This document shows positions 36,081 through 48,798 of a stretch of DNA of 64,000 nucleotides, one piece after another. Source of the stretch: Podarcis liolepis. Taxonomy: Eukaryota. Both the position numbers and the translations under genes were made by a program. Location: the NCBI GenBank assembly GCA_965112155.1, contig OZ218099.1. One strand, given 5' to 3'. Below the pieces are notes generated by a model. It had not been told where the DNA came from. It saw only the letters and a program-made list of their open reading frames with translations, and made no database searches. Positions within the stretch are counted from its first letter, which is position 1; the number at the start of each line of letters is the position of its first letter.

Positions 36081-36236
36081 GTCACTGTACATCACCTTAT
36101 CTTCTCAGTTTAGATATGTCTCTCCTGTATAAAAAACAAAAAGGAACGTAGAAAGAACTCATTAGGGCACACATTTTCATGCATGCTTTCTTGTAGTAAG
36201 GAACTGAGTGACCTATAACTGAAAAATGTACCTTAG

Positions 36237-36432
36237 ACGTTTCAGCTGAGAATGATGCAGTGGACGAGAACATTCAGACGGCAGAGGAAGCGACCGAGGC
36301 GACAGAAGTCAATGCTGGCTCAGGAGAAGAAGCTGCAGATATTGCACAAACTGGAGTCTACACAGAACATGTCTTCACAGATCCTTTGGGAGTTCAGGAT
36401 ACCGTAGAGGGTTCTCCAGCGTTTCAGCCCAG
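36237..36432 (+). CDS. SPAG9: SPAG9 exon (D)VSAENDAVDENIQTAEEATEATE...TEHVFTDPLG...FQP
   Basis: ccttag|ACGTTT...CCCAG|gtatgc; 196 nt. A second in-frame acceptor starts at 36246. Confidence 0.92.
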
Positions 36433-36655
36433 GTATGCCCCCCTTTGCATGAACAGAAAAGGAGTAGTAAAGGCAGAAAGAGATTATACTGCATTTCTAA
36501 TGACAAATGTGTTAACATCTTGTGGTACTGAGCTCCCAAATTTAAATTGGAATTGCTAGAATGTGCAGACTGAGTAAAAGAGTATTGAAACAAGCCTAGT
36601 GTACTTTGAACAACCTTTTCATATTTTAACCATTTGACTTTCCCCTTCCTCTCAG

Positions 36656-36778
36656 CAACGAGTCAGATTTGTATAAGGATGTTGCTGTATTGCCAAATGA
36701 GCAGGATCTCGTAAGAGAAGAAGCACAGAAAATGAGCAGCCTTTTGCCAACAATGTGGCTTGGAGCCCAGAATGGATG
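36656..36778 (+). CDS. SPAG9: SPAG9 exon NESDLYKD...MSSLLPTMWLGAQNG
   Basis: ctctcag|CAACGA...GGATG|gtaaac; 123 nt. Confidence 0.97.
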
Positions 36779-37198
36779 GTAAACCAAGAACCTTAATTCC
36801 AAACTATTTCACTAATAGAAATGCGTCTAGTGATCAGTTCAGTTTTTTCCTTTTCTGAGGCTGGTAAATAATCTCTCTTTTTTAAAAAAAAAATAAAATG
36901 AAACCTCAACCTTGAAATTTGCTCTGAATTACAGATTCAGGTGAGATTTTTAAACAATTAACACCGATGATTGACTAAGCCCCAATTAATCTTGTCACCC
37001 AGTCATCTGCATATTCAGTCAGTGATGTGAGACCCAGACAAGTAACTTAAAGCTGACACTTGAAAGTGGGAGGTTAGATAAGAGGTTCTGCTGTTACAGT
37101 ATTGCACCTTTGTTTTAATAAGTAAAGTTTTATAGCCTGCCCTTAAGCAAGAGTACTGTTGGGTCAGCTAACAATAATAATAATAATAAAAAACAATA

Positions 37199-37443
37199 CA
37201 GTCATACCTCATGTTACATTTGCTTCAGGTTGAACATTTTCAGGTTGCATCCTGCGGCGACCCAGAAGTACCGGAAAGGGTTACTTCTGGGTTTCGCCGC
37301 TCGCACATGCACAGACGCACAAAATAACGTCATGCACATGCACAGAAGTGGCGATTCACGACACACGTAGATGTAGGTTGCATTCTGCTCATGTTGAGAA
37401 TGGGCCTCTGGAATGGATCCTGTTCGCACCAGAGGTACCACTG
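37199..37443. mobile_element. Tc1/mariner (Tigger-like) MITE
   Basis: TA|cagtcatacctc ... gaggtaccactg|TA. Confidence 0.8.
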
Positions 37444-38485
37444 TAGTTATACAGAAGATTTAAAAGCAGAGCAGCAGCTAAAACCAATTTCTGGTAAAAG
37501 AAGGCAGGGGGAACTTAAAAAACAGTCCTCCACTCTATGATTTACATTTCTGTCCCACCGTCCCCCCCAAAGGAGTCCAATGAACCTGCCTGAGGAGAGC
37601 ATTCAATAAATTAGAGCACCACTGTCAGAAAGGCGATTTTCTTGGGTTGCCACCTGCATAACTTTTGACAGGAAGCACTCGGAGAAGGGCCCCCGGCAAC
37701 AGTCTTAAAGCATGGTGGATATTTACTGTTGCCTGTCTCATCCCTGCCTCCCTCCAAAAGCCCAGGATAGAAGGCTTTGTCGCAAGCCTAATTGCAACAG
37801 GGATAGGATGGTTTTGGAGGTTAGCTCTCCCCTAGCTAGCTGTGATACACACCCCTGCCGCCACCCCCTGTTGAAAATGTCCCTGCCACAAGTAGACTTG
37901 AAATAAACCTTCTTCTTGGCACTTTGTCCCATTCCCTGCTGCAGTTAGATTCGGAAACTGATTCCAATTAAAGGCTTTGTTCAAGTCTAATTGTAGTGTG
38001 AGAGGGAATGAATGTAAGAGGGAGGGAGGGTTGGAGAGAGAGATCTTTCAGGAAGATTGCACCACTTCCATCCTGTTAGGCATGAAAAAAGCTAAAGCAT
38101 TTTTGTCCAGCCCTAATTGCTGATGGCAGGGGCTAATGCGCATGTGGTGCCCACAACAATTTATCAAGTTCCCAAATGTGCCCGCTATGTCAAAAGGGTT
38201 TGTGGCCTCAGTAAAGGTCTTTAAAGGTAAGCACTAGCATTTTGAATTAAATGATCCATTAGCTACTGACAGCAAGTTTAGATTCCTGAAAAGGGCACCA
38301 GCAAAGCTGAACAGAATTAAGCTACTGAAATAACCTAATTCAGGCTGGGCAAAGCAATATTGTTTAAGCCAACTTGTGATTTATTTACTTTTAAGCTAAC
38401 AGCTATAAACAATACTGCCATTTTTAAATGCTAATATGGATTTTGGAATATTGGATTTTTAATTAATCTGACTTTATCGTTGCAG

Positions 38486-38566
38486 CTTATATGTTCATTC
38501 TTCAGTGGCTCAGTGGAGAAAATGTGTTCATGCAATTAAACTTAAAGATTCTATACTCAGTATAGT
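38486..38566 (+). CDS. SPAG9: SPAG9 exon [26 protein letters not shown](V)
   Basis: ttgcag|CTTATA...ATAGT|gtaagt; 81 nt. Confidence 0.97.
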
Positions 38567-39515
38567 GTAAGTTTCTATAAAATTATTTTTTTCCCCAGAA
38601 TGATATTCACATTTCTGTAGTTTAAAATGGAGTTAGCCGAGTAGAAAATAATTACACTAAAAATAGCTTCTGTGAAATGCTGGTTCAGAAAAGTTTTGGG
38701 TTTTTTGGGAGGGGGGTTTGAAGAAGAGAATGGCACATTGGGAATTGTCAGCAAGAAAATAGAAAGTGATGTATTTGTTGGCAATCATAAAGCTGTCATT
38801 GATGATCCTTCAAGGAATGTTTGTAGCTGGGATGTCACACCCACTGAAAGCAAGGAGGGAAAAGTGTGCAAGCAAATTTTCCCACAGTCTTTAAGTAATA
38901 TTGCTGGTTTAGCAGGACAGTCTATGAGCAGAGATAGATTCACAAAAATCTATCTTCCCACATCACAAGCATGAAATGTTGCTGTGGGAGTCCCCCCCCC
39001 CCAAAAAAAAATACTGATACCTGTTCCAGGGTATGTCCTGTGTGATCCTACATTGCATGAGCATGTGGTTTGGTTTTTGTTTGTTTGTTGATCTCCTTCA
39101 GTGGTTTGTACCATAGTGTAAGCTTGGGGAGGAAGGCGCTTTTGTGGTGGCCAAGGGTATTGTCTTATAAAATAGGAAACTCAGTAAATCTTCTCCTGCT
39201 CTGAAATAGTTTACTGAGGTTCTTTGGGGCTTGGTCAAGAGATAAAACAATTGCTTAAAAGACCATGAATAAATTTGATACAGTATTATTACCATGTCTT
39301 CGTATGCTAATTATGATAACAATTTCAGTTGAGTCTCATTTATATGTGAAGTTTAGACAGATGGCATGCACTGATCGCCTGTTAGGGGTGGGAGAGGGTG
39401 CCAACATAGGATGTGCTTGTTTTTGTGTGTAGTGTTGACAGGGCTTAATGAGCACAACAATCTATTACTATGGTCAGAGTTTCCTCATAATATACATTTT
39501 CCCTTTCTTTTCTAG

Positions 39516-39583
39516 ACACGTAAAAGGAATAGTATTAGTTGCACTAGCAGATGGAACTTTAGCAATATTTCACAGAGGAGTAG
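39516..39583 (+). CDS. SPAG9: SPAG9 exon HVKGIVLVALADGTLAIFHRGV
   Basis: ttctag|ACACGT...GTAG|gtaagc; 68 nt. Confidence 0.97.
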
Positions 39584-39762
39584 GTAAGCTTTCTATTTAT
39601 ACACCCTAGAACTGTCACATATTTATATGTCTGGTCTGCTTCTAAAATGTGGATACGTTGCTTCTAAAATGTGGATACATTGCAGACCTTTACAGATCAT
39701 CTGCTCAGTGGGAAATCTTGCAATTCTTGGGATAATATTGACCAAAAAATGAAGTCCTCCAT

Positions 39763-39763
<1 letters not shown>

Positions 39764-39808
<45 letters not shown>
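39764..39808. repeat. (ACT)n microsatellite
   Basis: Read directly; it explains the poly-T and poly-V ORFs in the track. Confidence 0.95.
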
Positions 39809-39809
<1 letters not shown>

Positions 39810-40667
39810 TTACCACCACCGCCATCAATTTATTTATTTCTACCCCACCCTTTTCTCTGATGGGACTCAATGTAGCTTTATTCCATCTCCAAGTAGTATA
39901 AAGAGTCATCAAGAATGTTGACTTCCCTCTCTTCCCATTCATCTCTGTTCCCCTTAAAATATGCGGCTTCATTGCGGGCTTCATACTTGCAGTCCTTTGG
40001 GTAGCCTGGTGCTGTTTTCACTGCTGTCCTGTGCATGAGCAATGGATGGGTAGAGGCTCATTTGCCTGTGTGTAGCATCCTTTTAGGAACTGATGCGCCG
40101 TAGAGCACGTTGAGGATACCTAAATGTGAAGGTATCTCTTTTGCTTGTTTGTGTTCAAATAGATCTGAACTATTGCCTTATGTACAAGTCAGTGTGTCAT
40201 GATTTCTAAACATCCACTGTTCTGTGGGTGGTATTGCTGTTTTGGGTTTATTTTGCCTATCAGAGCACTTGAATGCCTATAAAGAATACGCCACATAACT
40301 TAAATGAGTATTCCTTGAATGTAAGGCATGGGTGTCTGGGCATTTATTCTTTGTCACCCTTCCTGCGTTTGGTGCTACCCAGATGTTTTTGCGCTACAAC
40401 TTCTATCTGCCACAGTCAGCATGGCTAGCGGTCAGAATTGATGGAAGTTGTGACCTGAAACATCTTAAGGGCAGGTTGACAGAGGCTTCTTTATGCCATT
40501 ATGGATTTTATCTGTTCCCTATAAAGTTATGGATTTGAATAATGGAAAATAAGTGAATAGAAATGTAGTAGTATACATATTTTAGTCATGTACACAAATT
40601 AACATTTGCAGACAAGGTTTGCTCATCCCCTTAATAATTTCTTCTTCCTCCTCTTCTTCTTCTTCAG

Positions 40668-40816
40668 ATGGGCAATGGGACTTGACAAACTATCACCTTC
40701 TAGATTTGGGCCGACCTCACCATTCAATCCGGTGTATGACTGTGGTACACGATAAAGTCTGGTGCGGCTACAGAAACAAAATTTATGTGGTTCAGCCGAA
40801 AGCCATGAAAATAGAG
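40668..40816 (+). CDS. SPAG9: SPAG9 exon [24 protein letters not shown]...KAMKIE, with a GC donor
   Basis: cttcag|ATGGGC...ATAGAG|gcaagt; 149 nt, phase 1 to 0. Confidence 0.96.
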
Positions 40817-41259
40817 GCAAGTTAAAGCAACCATTTAAAATTGGTGAATAATCAGGGAGAACTCATTTAGAAGAAAGGAGGTTAAGTAGGAAATGAGATT
40901 ATATGGCATAAAGAGAACATCTATGAAGGCCAAGCAAGCAGGATCATAAGTTATACATGACCTAAATATGTGAAAGAATCACTGTCAGAAGATAGCCGTT
41001 AGTAAATATTGCTAATTCAGTAGATTTACCTTTGATCCATTGAAGGACAGCTGGAGGAGATCACAGGGGGTTCACAGGATAATTTTTTTTTTAAAAAAAC
41101 ACAGATTTTAGAGCACTGATGCATACTAAACAAAAGAGCCATTGCTGATCCTCTCTTAACAGTGTTACTGAGAGGGGGGGGGGGAGATGTGATCTTATTT
41201 TATCTCAGTAATGTGTAAACTGGAGGCATTGGAGAAGTATTTTATTATGCATTCCTTAA

Positions 41260-41466
<207 letters not shown>

Positions 41467-41809
41467 TGAATCGGACAAGTCACCTTCTTGTACAAATGAA
41501 AAGACATGGATGACTAATGTTGCTGGCTGAACACCCTACAAATTACTGCATAGTGATGGCATGTAGTTCTAGTTGCACTACAAATAGTAGTAAGGTCTTG
41601 TGTGTAATTTCCTCTAAGGAAAACGTGAGATGTGAGGCCTTCAAGGGCATAACGGGGAGGCACTAAGAAGACCATTGACTACAGTGTCAACAGAGTTTAA
41701 GGTCCTTTATTTTGTCCTTCGAAATGAGAAAACAGTCTCCTTGGGAAAAGAGAATAGGAAATGTTAGGCGCAATTTTTCATGGGGCAAAATAAGTTGAAC
41801 TTTACTATA

Positions 41810-42051
41810 CAGTGGTACCTTGGGTTAATTATTTAATTCGTTCCGGAGGTCTGTTCTTAACCTGAAACTGTTCTTAACCTGAAGCACCACTTTAGCTAAT
41901 GGGGCTTCCCGCTGCCACCACGCCACCGGAGCACAATTTCTGTTCTCATCCTGAAGCAAAGTTCTTAACCCGAGGTAATATTTCTGGGTTAGCGGAGTCT
42001 GTAACCTGAAGCGTATGTAATCTGAAGTGTATGTAACTAGGGGTACCACTG
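41810..42051. mobile_element. Tc1/mariner (Tigger-like) MITE
   Basis: TA|cagtggtacc...ggtaccactg|TA, with internal ttaacctgaa repeats. Confidence 0.85.
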
Positions 42052-42399
42052 TACTTTCAACTTTGGGAGTTTCCTCTTCATGTCTTTATTTCAATCTTTA
42101 AAAGCTCCAGCTAGCTCAGTATTGTTGACGCAGGCTGCAGCTCTCCAGTTTTTCAGTGAAGTTCTTTTCCCATCAGCAGAGCATTGTATCTGCCATCAAA
42201 CTATATGGGGACGTCCATGGAGCTAAGGAACTGTTTGGAGATTTAAAGAACCCGAGTCATTCAAAGAACAAAGAGTTTCCAGAACTTCTCTTTTTGTTTG
42301 TTTATAAAACATGGAGTAAAGTTAGGTTTAAAAAATGGGACATTTCCTGCAGATATGTATTTTTTTGGTTTCTAATGAGTGCTGCTGTGTTTGTTTCAG

Positions 42400-42513
42400 G
42401 TACTGGAAAACTGGGATTTTCATTTGTGAGAATCACAGCTCTCATGGTGTCCTGCAATCGGTTGTGGGTTGGGACAGGCAATGGCGTCATTATCTCCATT
42501 CCATTAACAGAAA
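42400..42513 (+). CDS. SPAG9: SPAG9 exon GTGKLGFSFVRITALMVSCNRLWVGTGNGVIISIPLTE
   Basis: tttcag|GTACTG...GAAA|gtaagt; 114 nt. Confidence 0.97.
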
Positions 42514-44270
42514 GTAAGTGCGATAAGAAAAGTAGATTAAACAAGAATGCCACTATTTCAGACCAGATAAACTCTTGTGCTGGCCCGTGTTTGGTGTTCT
42601 CCAGCAACTCTGGTAAATTTTCCGATTTCACTCTGGTCCGATTCTGTAGTTTTCACAGGGATTCTCAGGGACTGGCAGCTTCATATACTAAAACAACAGC
42701 AAACCTTCTCAGAGATTTGATGATACTCCTCTGTATTTACAAATGCAAGCAGACGGAGGTGGGCACACTAGATGTAATGCTAAGTAAGTCCTTGGAAAAC
42801 ACATCAGTTTTCTAATTTAATAGCAAATGAGGGGCTTATCTAACAACTTTGTGCCTCGTCATCTTCCCACTGCATCAGCCACTTCTCCCTCTTCAATAGA
42901 CCCCACCCAACTGTAATGCTGCTGCTTTCGTCCTTCTGCCCTGTTTGCTTTGGAATTCCTGATAGATTCTGCAGGTGATGACTTTCTCTTCTCTGGCTGC
43001 CACAATCCCAGCCCCTAGCTAGAAAAACAGACATAGAGAGGGAGCTGCTTCTGTTCCGAGCTTGTAAATGCTAGGGACAACTAGATTCAATTTCTAACTA
43101 TTTTCTGGATCTGCCTAAAATGTACACATGATTAAGGAAACTGTTATAAAATACTATTTTGTTTAATACCCAGCCCACTTCATTCCATAAATCCTTGCCC
43201 AAAACCTCTCTGCTTGGGGCTTCCATTTTTGAATACTTATTTAATCATGTTTAAATAACTACAGATTTTTCTCTCACTATGCTGAAAATGCACCCTTTTC
43301 TTGTATAATATTGGTGTAATGCTGGGGTGGACTGTTGTGGGTTGTCATGGTATATTTTGCTAATGATGAATTCTTTCATATCAGTTGCTTTGAACACCAC
43401 ATGCATTGTTTTCCATGCTGTACCATTACATTGATCATCCATTAAATGTCCGGTTTTGCGTTGCAATTATGTGCATTCAATCAAAAACAACTACTTTGAA
43501 TTGTAACAGTTTTTTAAATGGTGAAAATGCTCCCGAAAATCAGCTACATTCACCTTAGGCATTTTTTTAAATAAAATGCAGTTAACTTTTTTTTAGAGGA
43601 TAGAAAAGAGGAATTGGTGTTTTTTTTTATATATGCTTCTAGGACTAAATAGGCAAGAATATGTAGAGATTGCTGAACTGGACAGATATCCTTACCACCA
43701 CCAGTTGTTTTAGCAACAGGTGCTCCCAACTCCATATAAGGTGTTCTAACGATTGTGACGATAATGTTTGTGACATTATCCTTACCACCTAGACAGCATC
43801 AGTGGAACTTCAGAGGAATAGGTAAGTATGGGGGTGGTGGAGGGGAAAAAGTCGGGGGACAGCTACCCACCCCCTTACCTAAGACAATGTCCACTGCTTG
43901 TTGGCACACAAACTAAAATGTGAGAAACAGAGCTGGTAGATCTTTTTTTCCCCTTTCCCTTTCCTGGAGGAGGAGATGGCAGTCTTATTCCTGTCAAATT
44001 TGATGGTGTCCGTTCTTGAAGAAAAGAGAGAAAGGGGAAACGCAGTTTGCCAATATGTCAGAATATTAAAGGTGCTCCAACTTCCTTTGGCCACTGAAGC
44101 TGAAAGAAAAACGTTCATTTATCTTCTTCTGATTGTACCTTCTTGTAGTTAGGAGCTTAATATATAAAGCTCTTATCAAAAACCAGAACGCAAGTGGTGG
44201 GTTCTCATTAATCCTTCTCCTCTGCTGTCACACCTATCCATTTTTCCCCTTTCCTCCTTTCTTACTTTAG

Positions 44271-44309
44271 CTGTAATCCTCCACCAGGGACGTTTACTGG
44301 GGCTGAGGG
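44271..44309 (+). CDS. SPAG9: 39-nt cassette exon (T)VILHQGRLLGLR
   Basis: Long pyrimidine tract, ctttag|CTGTAATC...CTGAGGG|gtaagt; phase 1-1. It matches the 13-aa alternative insert I recall in SPAG9 and JIP3. Confidence 0.93.
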
Positions 44310-45351
44310 GTAAGTGCTGATCCCAAACAAAAAACAGTTCTGTTTTCTCAGGCTTCTCTAATAGCCACTCTGAGGCTGTTTCCCATTTCTCTAAAATTTA
44401 CTCCCCCCCCCCTTTGTATGTTCCTAAACCGTTTTTCCACTTGAGGTTACCTGCATTGCAGTTTTTTATGTTTGCTAAATGACCACCAAACCCGCTGAGC
44501 AGTTTAGTGTCTTCATCTTTTGTTGCAGCTGAACTTTTCATGCCGGCTTCTTGTTTTTCTTCCAGCACCATTTGTAATATCATAACCTTATAAGTGTCAT
44601 TAATCCACATCATATTTCTCTTGTTACAAATCACATTTCTTTCCCTCTTCTGATAGTGTTACGAGTGGAGATAGTTTTGTGTGTCTAGCATACAAAATCA
44701 CTTTGTGGAATTGAAACTAAGGACTTAAAATACGCCCCCATTCGTTGCCTCTCTCTCCTTCCCAACTCTTGGCTTTAAGAGAACTTAAGAATCATGGTTG
44801 CCAATAAATATTTTCTTTAAAAGGAGAGTACTGTGGCAGTTTAAAGGCAGGCTAAATTTATTGGGGCAAAAGCCTCTGTGGACATGTCCGTTGAAGCCAA
44901 TGTCACAATAAATGTGTTTTTAAGGTGCCAAAGAACTTTGGAGTGTTGGTTACAGCAGACTAACAAGACTATCCTCTGGAATTCCCTTCTTGAGCGTCAT
45001 TTACCTATGTTAGAAGTCTATATTTCATTAATAAGTCCAGTCTGTGGCTCCCCTGTGGAAAAATCTGACATGCATACTTTTTGTGTGTTTTGTTTTGCAA
45101 AAACGTACAATTTATGCTAGACTAGCAAACTACTCCCTTTCTTCCCTGAGGTATTTCAAATAACTAAGCATGCTGTCTTATTCCTTTCCAGCTCTGTCTT
45201 GAAACGGCATCTTCTTGCCCTTTTGTTTCATTTATCTAAGTTGGCTTTAGCTTCTAGACTGGTAACCGTGCGGTTTTGTGATGAAACCGAACTTTGCCAT
45301 ATTTGCAGCTGTCCCTTTCAAGTGGGAAACATTTCCTTTCTCTCTTCCTAG

Positions 45352-45528
45352 CTAACAAAGCAGCAGCGGGTTCTGGCAACCGTCCAGGCAGCGTAATACG
45401 TGTATATGGTGATGAAAACAGTGATAAAGTGACACCTGGGACCTTTATACCTTATTGTTCAATGGCACACGCACAGCTTTGTTTCCATGGGCATCGTGAT
45501 GCTGTTAAATTCTTTGTTGCAGTACCTG
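45352..45528 (+). CDS. SPAG9: SPAG9 exon [20 protein letters not shown]...[12 protein letters not shown]
   Basis: tcctag|CTAACA...ACCTG|gtaagt; 177 nt. Confidence 0.97.
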
Positions 45529-46557
45529 GTAAGTTTTGTGTGGGACTCCTCCATTCAGTTTTCAGGGGTTTTTTTACAGTTAACGTGCTGAGTGTGACGG
45601 TCATGGATGTTATTCCACATGGTGCTAGCAGATAAAATGTAGCTCTCCCTTCTGCTCCTCCCTCTTGCAGCTCCCCATGACACTCTTAATCTGCTCCAGA
45701 GGAACTTCCAAACGTCTGGAGCAGGTTTTGGCATGGAGGGCGGGGAAGAAAGGAAGGGGAAGTCTCATTGCGGACAATGAAAGTCTGTTGTGCAAACGGG
45801 CTGGTGAATGGATGGAAAGACCAGCAAGGAGATGATTACCAGAGTCTAGACAAGAACTGACTGGAGCTTTGTTGGCAAGCTTTTCAGTTCCATCATCTCA
45901 TGCAGGAGGAAAAAGTATAGTTAGTTGCTTCAACAACTAACCAATTGTACCAGCAAGGTGCAATTCAAAGGCCTCGTTGAATCCCAGCCATCAATACTCC
46001 CCTCAAGTATTGTTAATATTCAGGGAAAGAGATACCAGCTTTGCTGCACCTCTCAATTTTTACAAGAATGCCATAGTTTTAATTTTAAGCGGGTTACCTA
46101 TACAGTGCAAACATTAAGCAATGTGTCACTACTCAGAAATATTTATTTATGAAAGACACTTAATAACTAGCATATCTTAGCGGAGCGCATAAAAATAAAC
46201 CATACAGAGAGTAAAACAATTAAAAGTCGTCATAAAACTGAATGCTACTTTAATTTTTGCTGTCCCAATGTTTACAATTTCTTTTCATGCGTCGTGAGAG
46301 ATGACAATAGTTTAGCAAAGATGTTTAAGATTATCTAGGCAAGAAGGTCAGACACACTTAGTAGTGAAGCAGGGAGTGACAGTCATTAAGTTTTTTTTTG
46401 TAATACAACGAGAATGGTTTTTCTTTTTGTTTGTGGGGGGATGGGGATGGACGACTGTTTGTCAGCATCTGCTTAATGACTTCAGGAAACTTGTTTGTCA
46501 AACTACAGTACTCCATAAATCATAATGTTTTTGATGCTTCCTCCCCCCCAACATTAG

Positions 46558-46704
46558 GTCAGGTTATTTGTCCACAGACAGGAGGAGGCCCAGAGCCACC
46601 CAGTGATAAATCTGCCGTATCCGCGCAGGAATCCAACAGCCAGGCTCCCTTAAAATCCATGTTGGTGATAAGTGGAGGAGAAGGGTACATTGACTTCAGG
46701 ATGG
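46558..46704 (+). CDS. SPAG9: SPAG9 exon GQVICPQ...LVISGGEGYIDFRM
   Basis: cattag|GTCAGG...GATGG|gtaaga; 147 nt. Confidence 0.96.
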
Positions 46705-47303
46705 GTAAGAACCTTTAATTAACTTAGAACAATTCAATAAAATGCTAGAAGATATGATCACTTCTTTCCACCCTGACTGAACTATGATTTGAGGATGGTT
46801 GATTTCAGAAGGTTTCCCAAAACTCCCTAAACAATATTTCTGTATTGTCGATGAACTTGTATCGACAATTTAGACAGGCCGGATTATCCATAGCAATGGA
46901 TTGGAAATGAAAAATGTTCTTCCTGCCTGATGGGCCGTCGAATATCCTCAACAAGCGGCAGGTACTACTCACCTCATCTTGGGCTGTGTCTCAAATTGCA
47001 ATCAGTTCACAGTGTCCCATAAAACTCCATGGAAGCCATTGATAACTAATCCCATCACTGTGCCTCCCCTGTTTTCCACTTAATCCCACTCTGGGTTCCT
47101 AGTTTTGATAGCAATGCGGCGATGAAGGTATGAACCTGATGCATCTTTCCATAGTTTATGGCTAGTAAACCCTTTTTTAAAAAAATCCCATTTATTCAAG
47201 CCTGTGATTATCAGAACATTTGATTTCCCCCTCCCCCTTTCATAAAACAGATTGTACTGAATTATACAAATTATTCCAATTTTGTTCCTAGTAATTCTGG
47301 CAT

Positions 47304-47657
47304 AGGGACGCGGGTGGTGCTGTGGGTTAAACCACAGAGTCTAGGACTTGCCGATCAGAAGGTCGGAGGTTCGAATCCCTGTGACGGGGTGAACTCCCGT
47401 TGCTCGGTCCCTGCTCCTGCCCACCTAGCAGTTCGAAATCACGTCAAGTGCAAGTAGATAAATAGGTACCGCTCCAGCGGGAAGGCAAACAGCATTTCTG
47501 TGCGCTGCTCTGGTTCGCCAGAAGCGGCTTAGTCATGCTGGCCACATGACCCGGAAGCTGTACGCCGGCTCCCTCGGCCAGTAAAGTGAGATGAGCGCTG
47601 CAACCCCAGAGTCAGTCACAACTGGACCTAATGGTCAGGGGTCCCTTTACCTTTACC
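47304..47657 (+). mobile_element. Full-length Sauria SINE
   Basis: GGGACGCGGGTGG head, B-box GGTTCGAATCC and CTTTACCTTTACC tail; TSD TAATTCTGG at 47292-47300 and 47658-47666. Confidence 0.92.
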
Positions 47658-47833
47658 TAATTCTGGTATGCTGCTTCTTCCAGAAGCCCTTGTTACAGAT
47701 TACTGCCAGGAGACTACAAAAGAGTTTAGATTTTTTTCTGTCACTGTTTCATGCTGGTTTTCACATATGTGTTATTTGTTTATTGTTGGGAGCCGCTTTG
47801 AGTTGCTTCTCAAATGTGTCTAGCAAGTTTAAT

Positions 47834-48357
47834 AAATCTGTTTCGCTTCCAAGTGGGACCGGGTTGCGCTTGAGCCACCAGGTCCCACCCCCGCCTCAGC
47901 ATGGTGCAGGGTAGCATCCCATGTCACACTGAGGGTGTCCCGGCCATGCCATTTGCCAGGCGACCAATCAGGACGCTGTGGGGGCGTGGCCAGGGCCAAT
48001 TTAAACCACGGCGCGACTCTGGAATCATGCGTAAGGGTATTCCGTTAAAGGAATCCAGGGGTGTGGATCTTGTCCGAAGCCCGGGGAGGGGCTAGGGCCA
48101 TGCCATGACCCCAGCAGGAACCCAGGGGGGCTCGAGTTGACCCACATCAGCGGGGCTCTCCCTACTGGTGATTTACCCTTCCAGGCTTCCTGCAAGGCAG
48201 GCAGGAGTCAGACATAGTCTGTGGATGCAATGCCCAAGTCAATACCGCTCACATTCTGTAACCAATAAAGTTGTGGCCTAAATTTTGCCCATTAAGACTA
48301 ACCTAAATTCTGTGTCCTTGTGTCTTTATTCTCCTGGGGGTGGCTTGGGGGTCTTGA
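47834..48357 (+). mobile_element. Solo terminal repeat of a retrotransposon (LTR- or Ngaro/DIRS-like)
   Basis: CpG-rich, with CCAAT, GGGGCGTGGC, a TTTAAA TATA-like box and AATAAA plus a GT-rich tract in LTR order. No clean TG..CA ends or TSD; boundaries are approximate. Confidence 0.55.
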
Positions 48358-48682
48358 AGTGCAAATAATAATGAGAAGAGAAACCCATTTGTGTTAGGGG
48401 CAGGCTACTGTTGTATTCTTTAAGAGCTCTGTGGTTCTTAAACTTTAGCAGTACCATTGCAGACATGGCGGGCAGCAGAAGGCAATGGGATATATGTGTG
48501 CTATTATGTGCATACATACATAACCTGCAACATGGTGTATTTTAGTAATATTTCTGTTTTCATTGAGTTCAGGTGACAGCTGTTTTTTCCTTTGGACTAA
48601 AATTTCTAGTGGGCTACTGCAGCCTTTCTTTGTATCCCCTGGAATCACCTGTTCACATAAAATGTTCTGCCTTCCTTCCCAG

Positions 48683-48798
48683 GTGATGAAGTTGGTGAAT
48701 CAGAAATCCTTGGAGAGGCACTACAACTAGAGCCTTCTGTAGCCAAAGCTGAGAGGAGCCACCTGATAGTGTGGCAGGTTATGTGCGGCAGTGAATAA
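48683..48798 (+). CDS. SPAG9: SPAG9 last coding exon GDEVGESEILGE...AERSHLIVWQVMCGSE*
   Basis: ttcccag|GTGATG...GAA TAA. Confidence 0.97.

Noticed and set aside
42156-42815. 219-aa ORF as a standalone gene
   Set aside because: Only 42400-42513 is the SPAG9 exon; the rest is open intron by chance
47304-47400. tRNA-like A/B boxes (also at ~23450, ~33290 and ~56770)
   Set aside because: These are SINE heads, not tRNA genes
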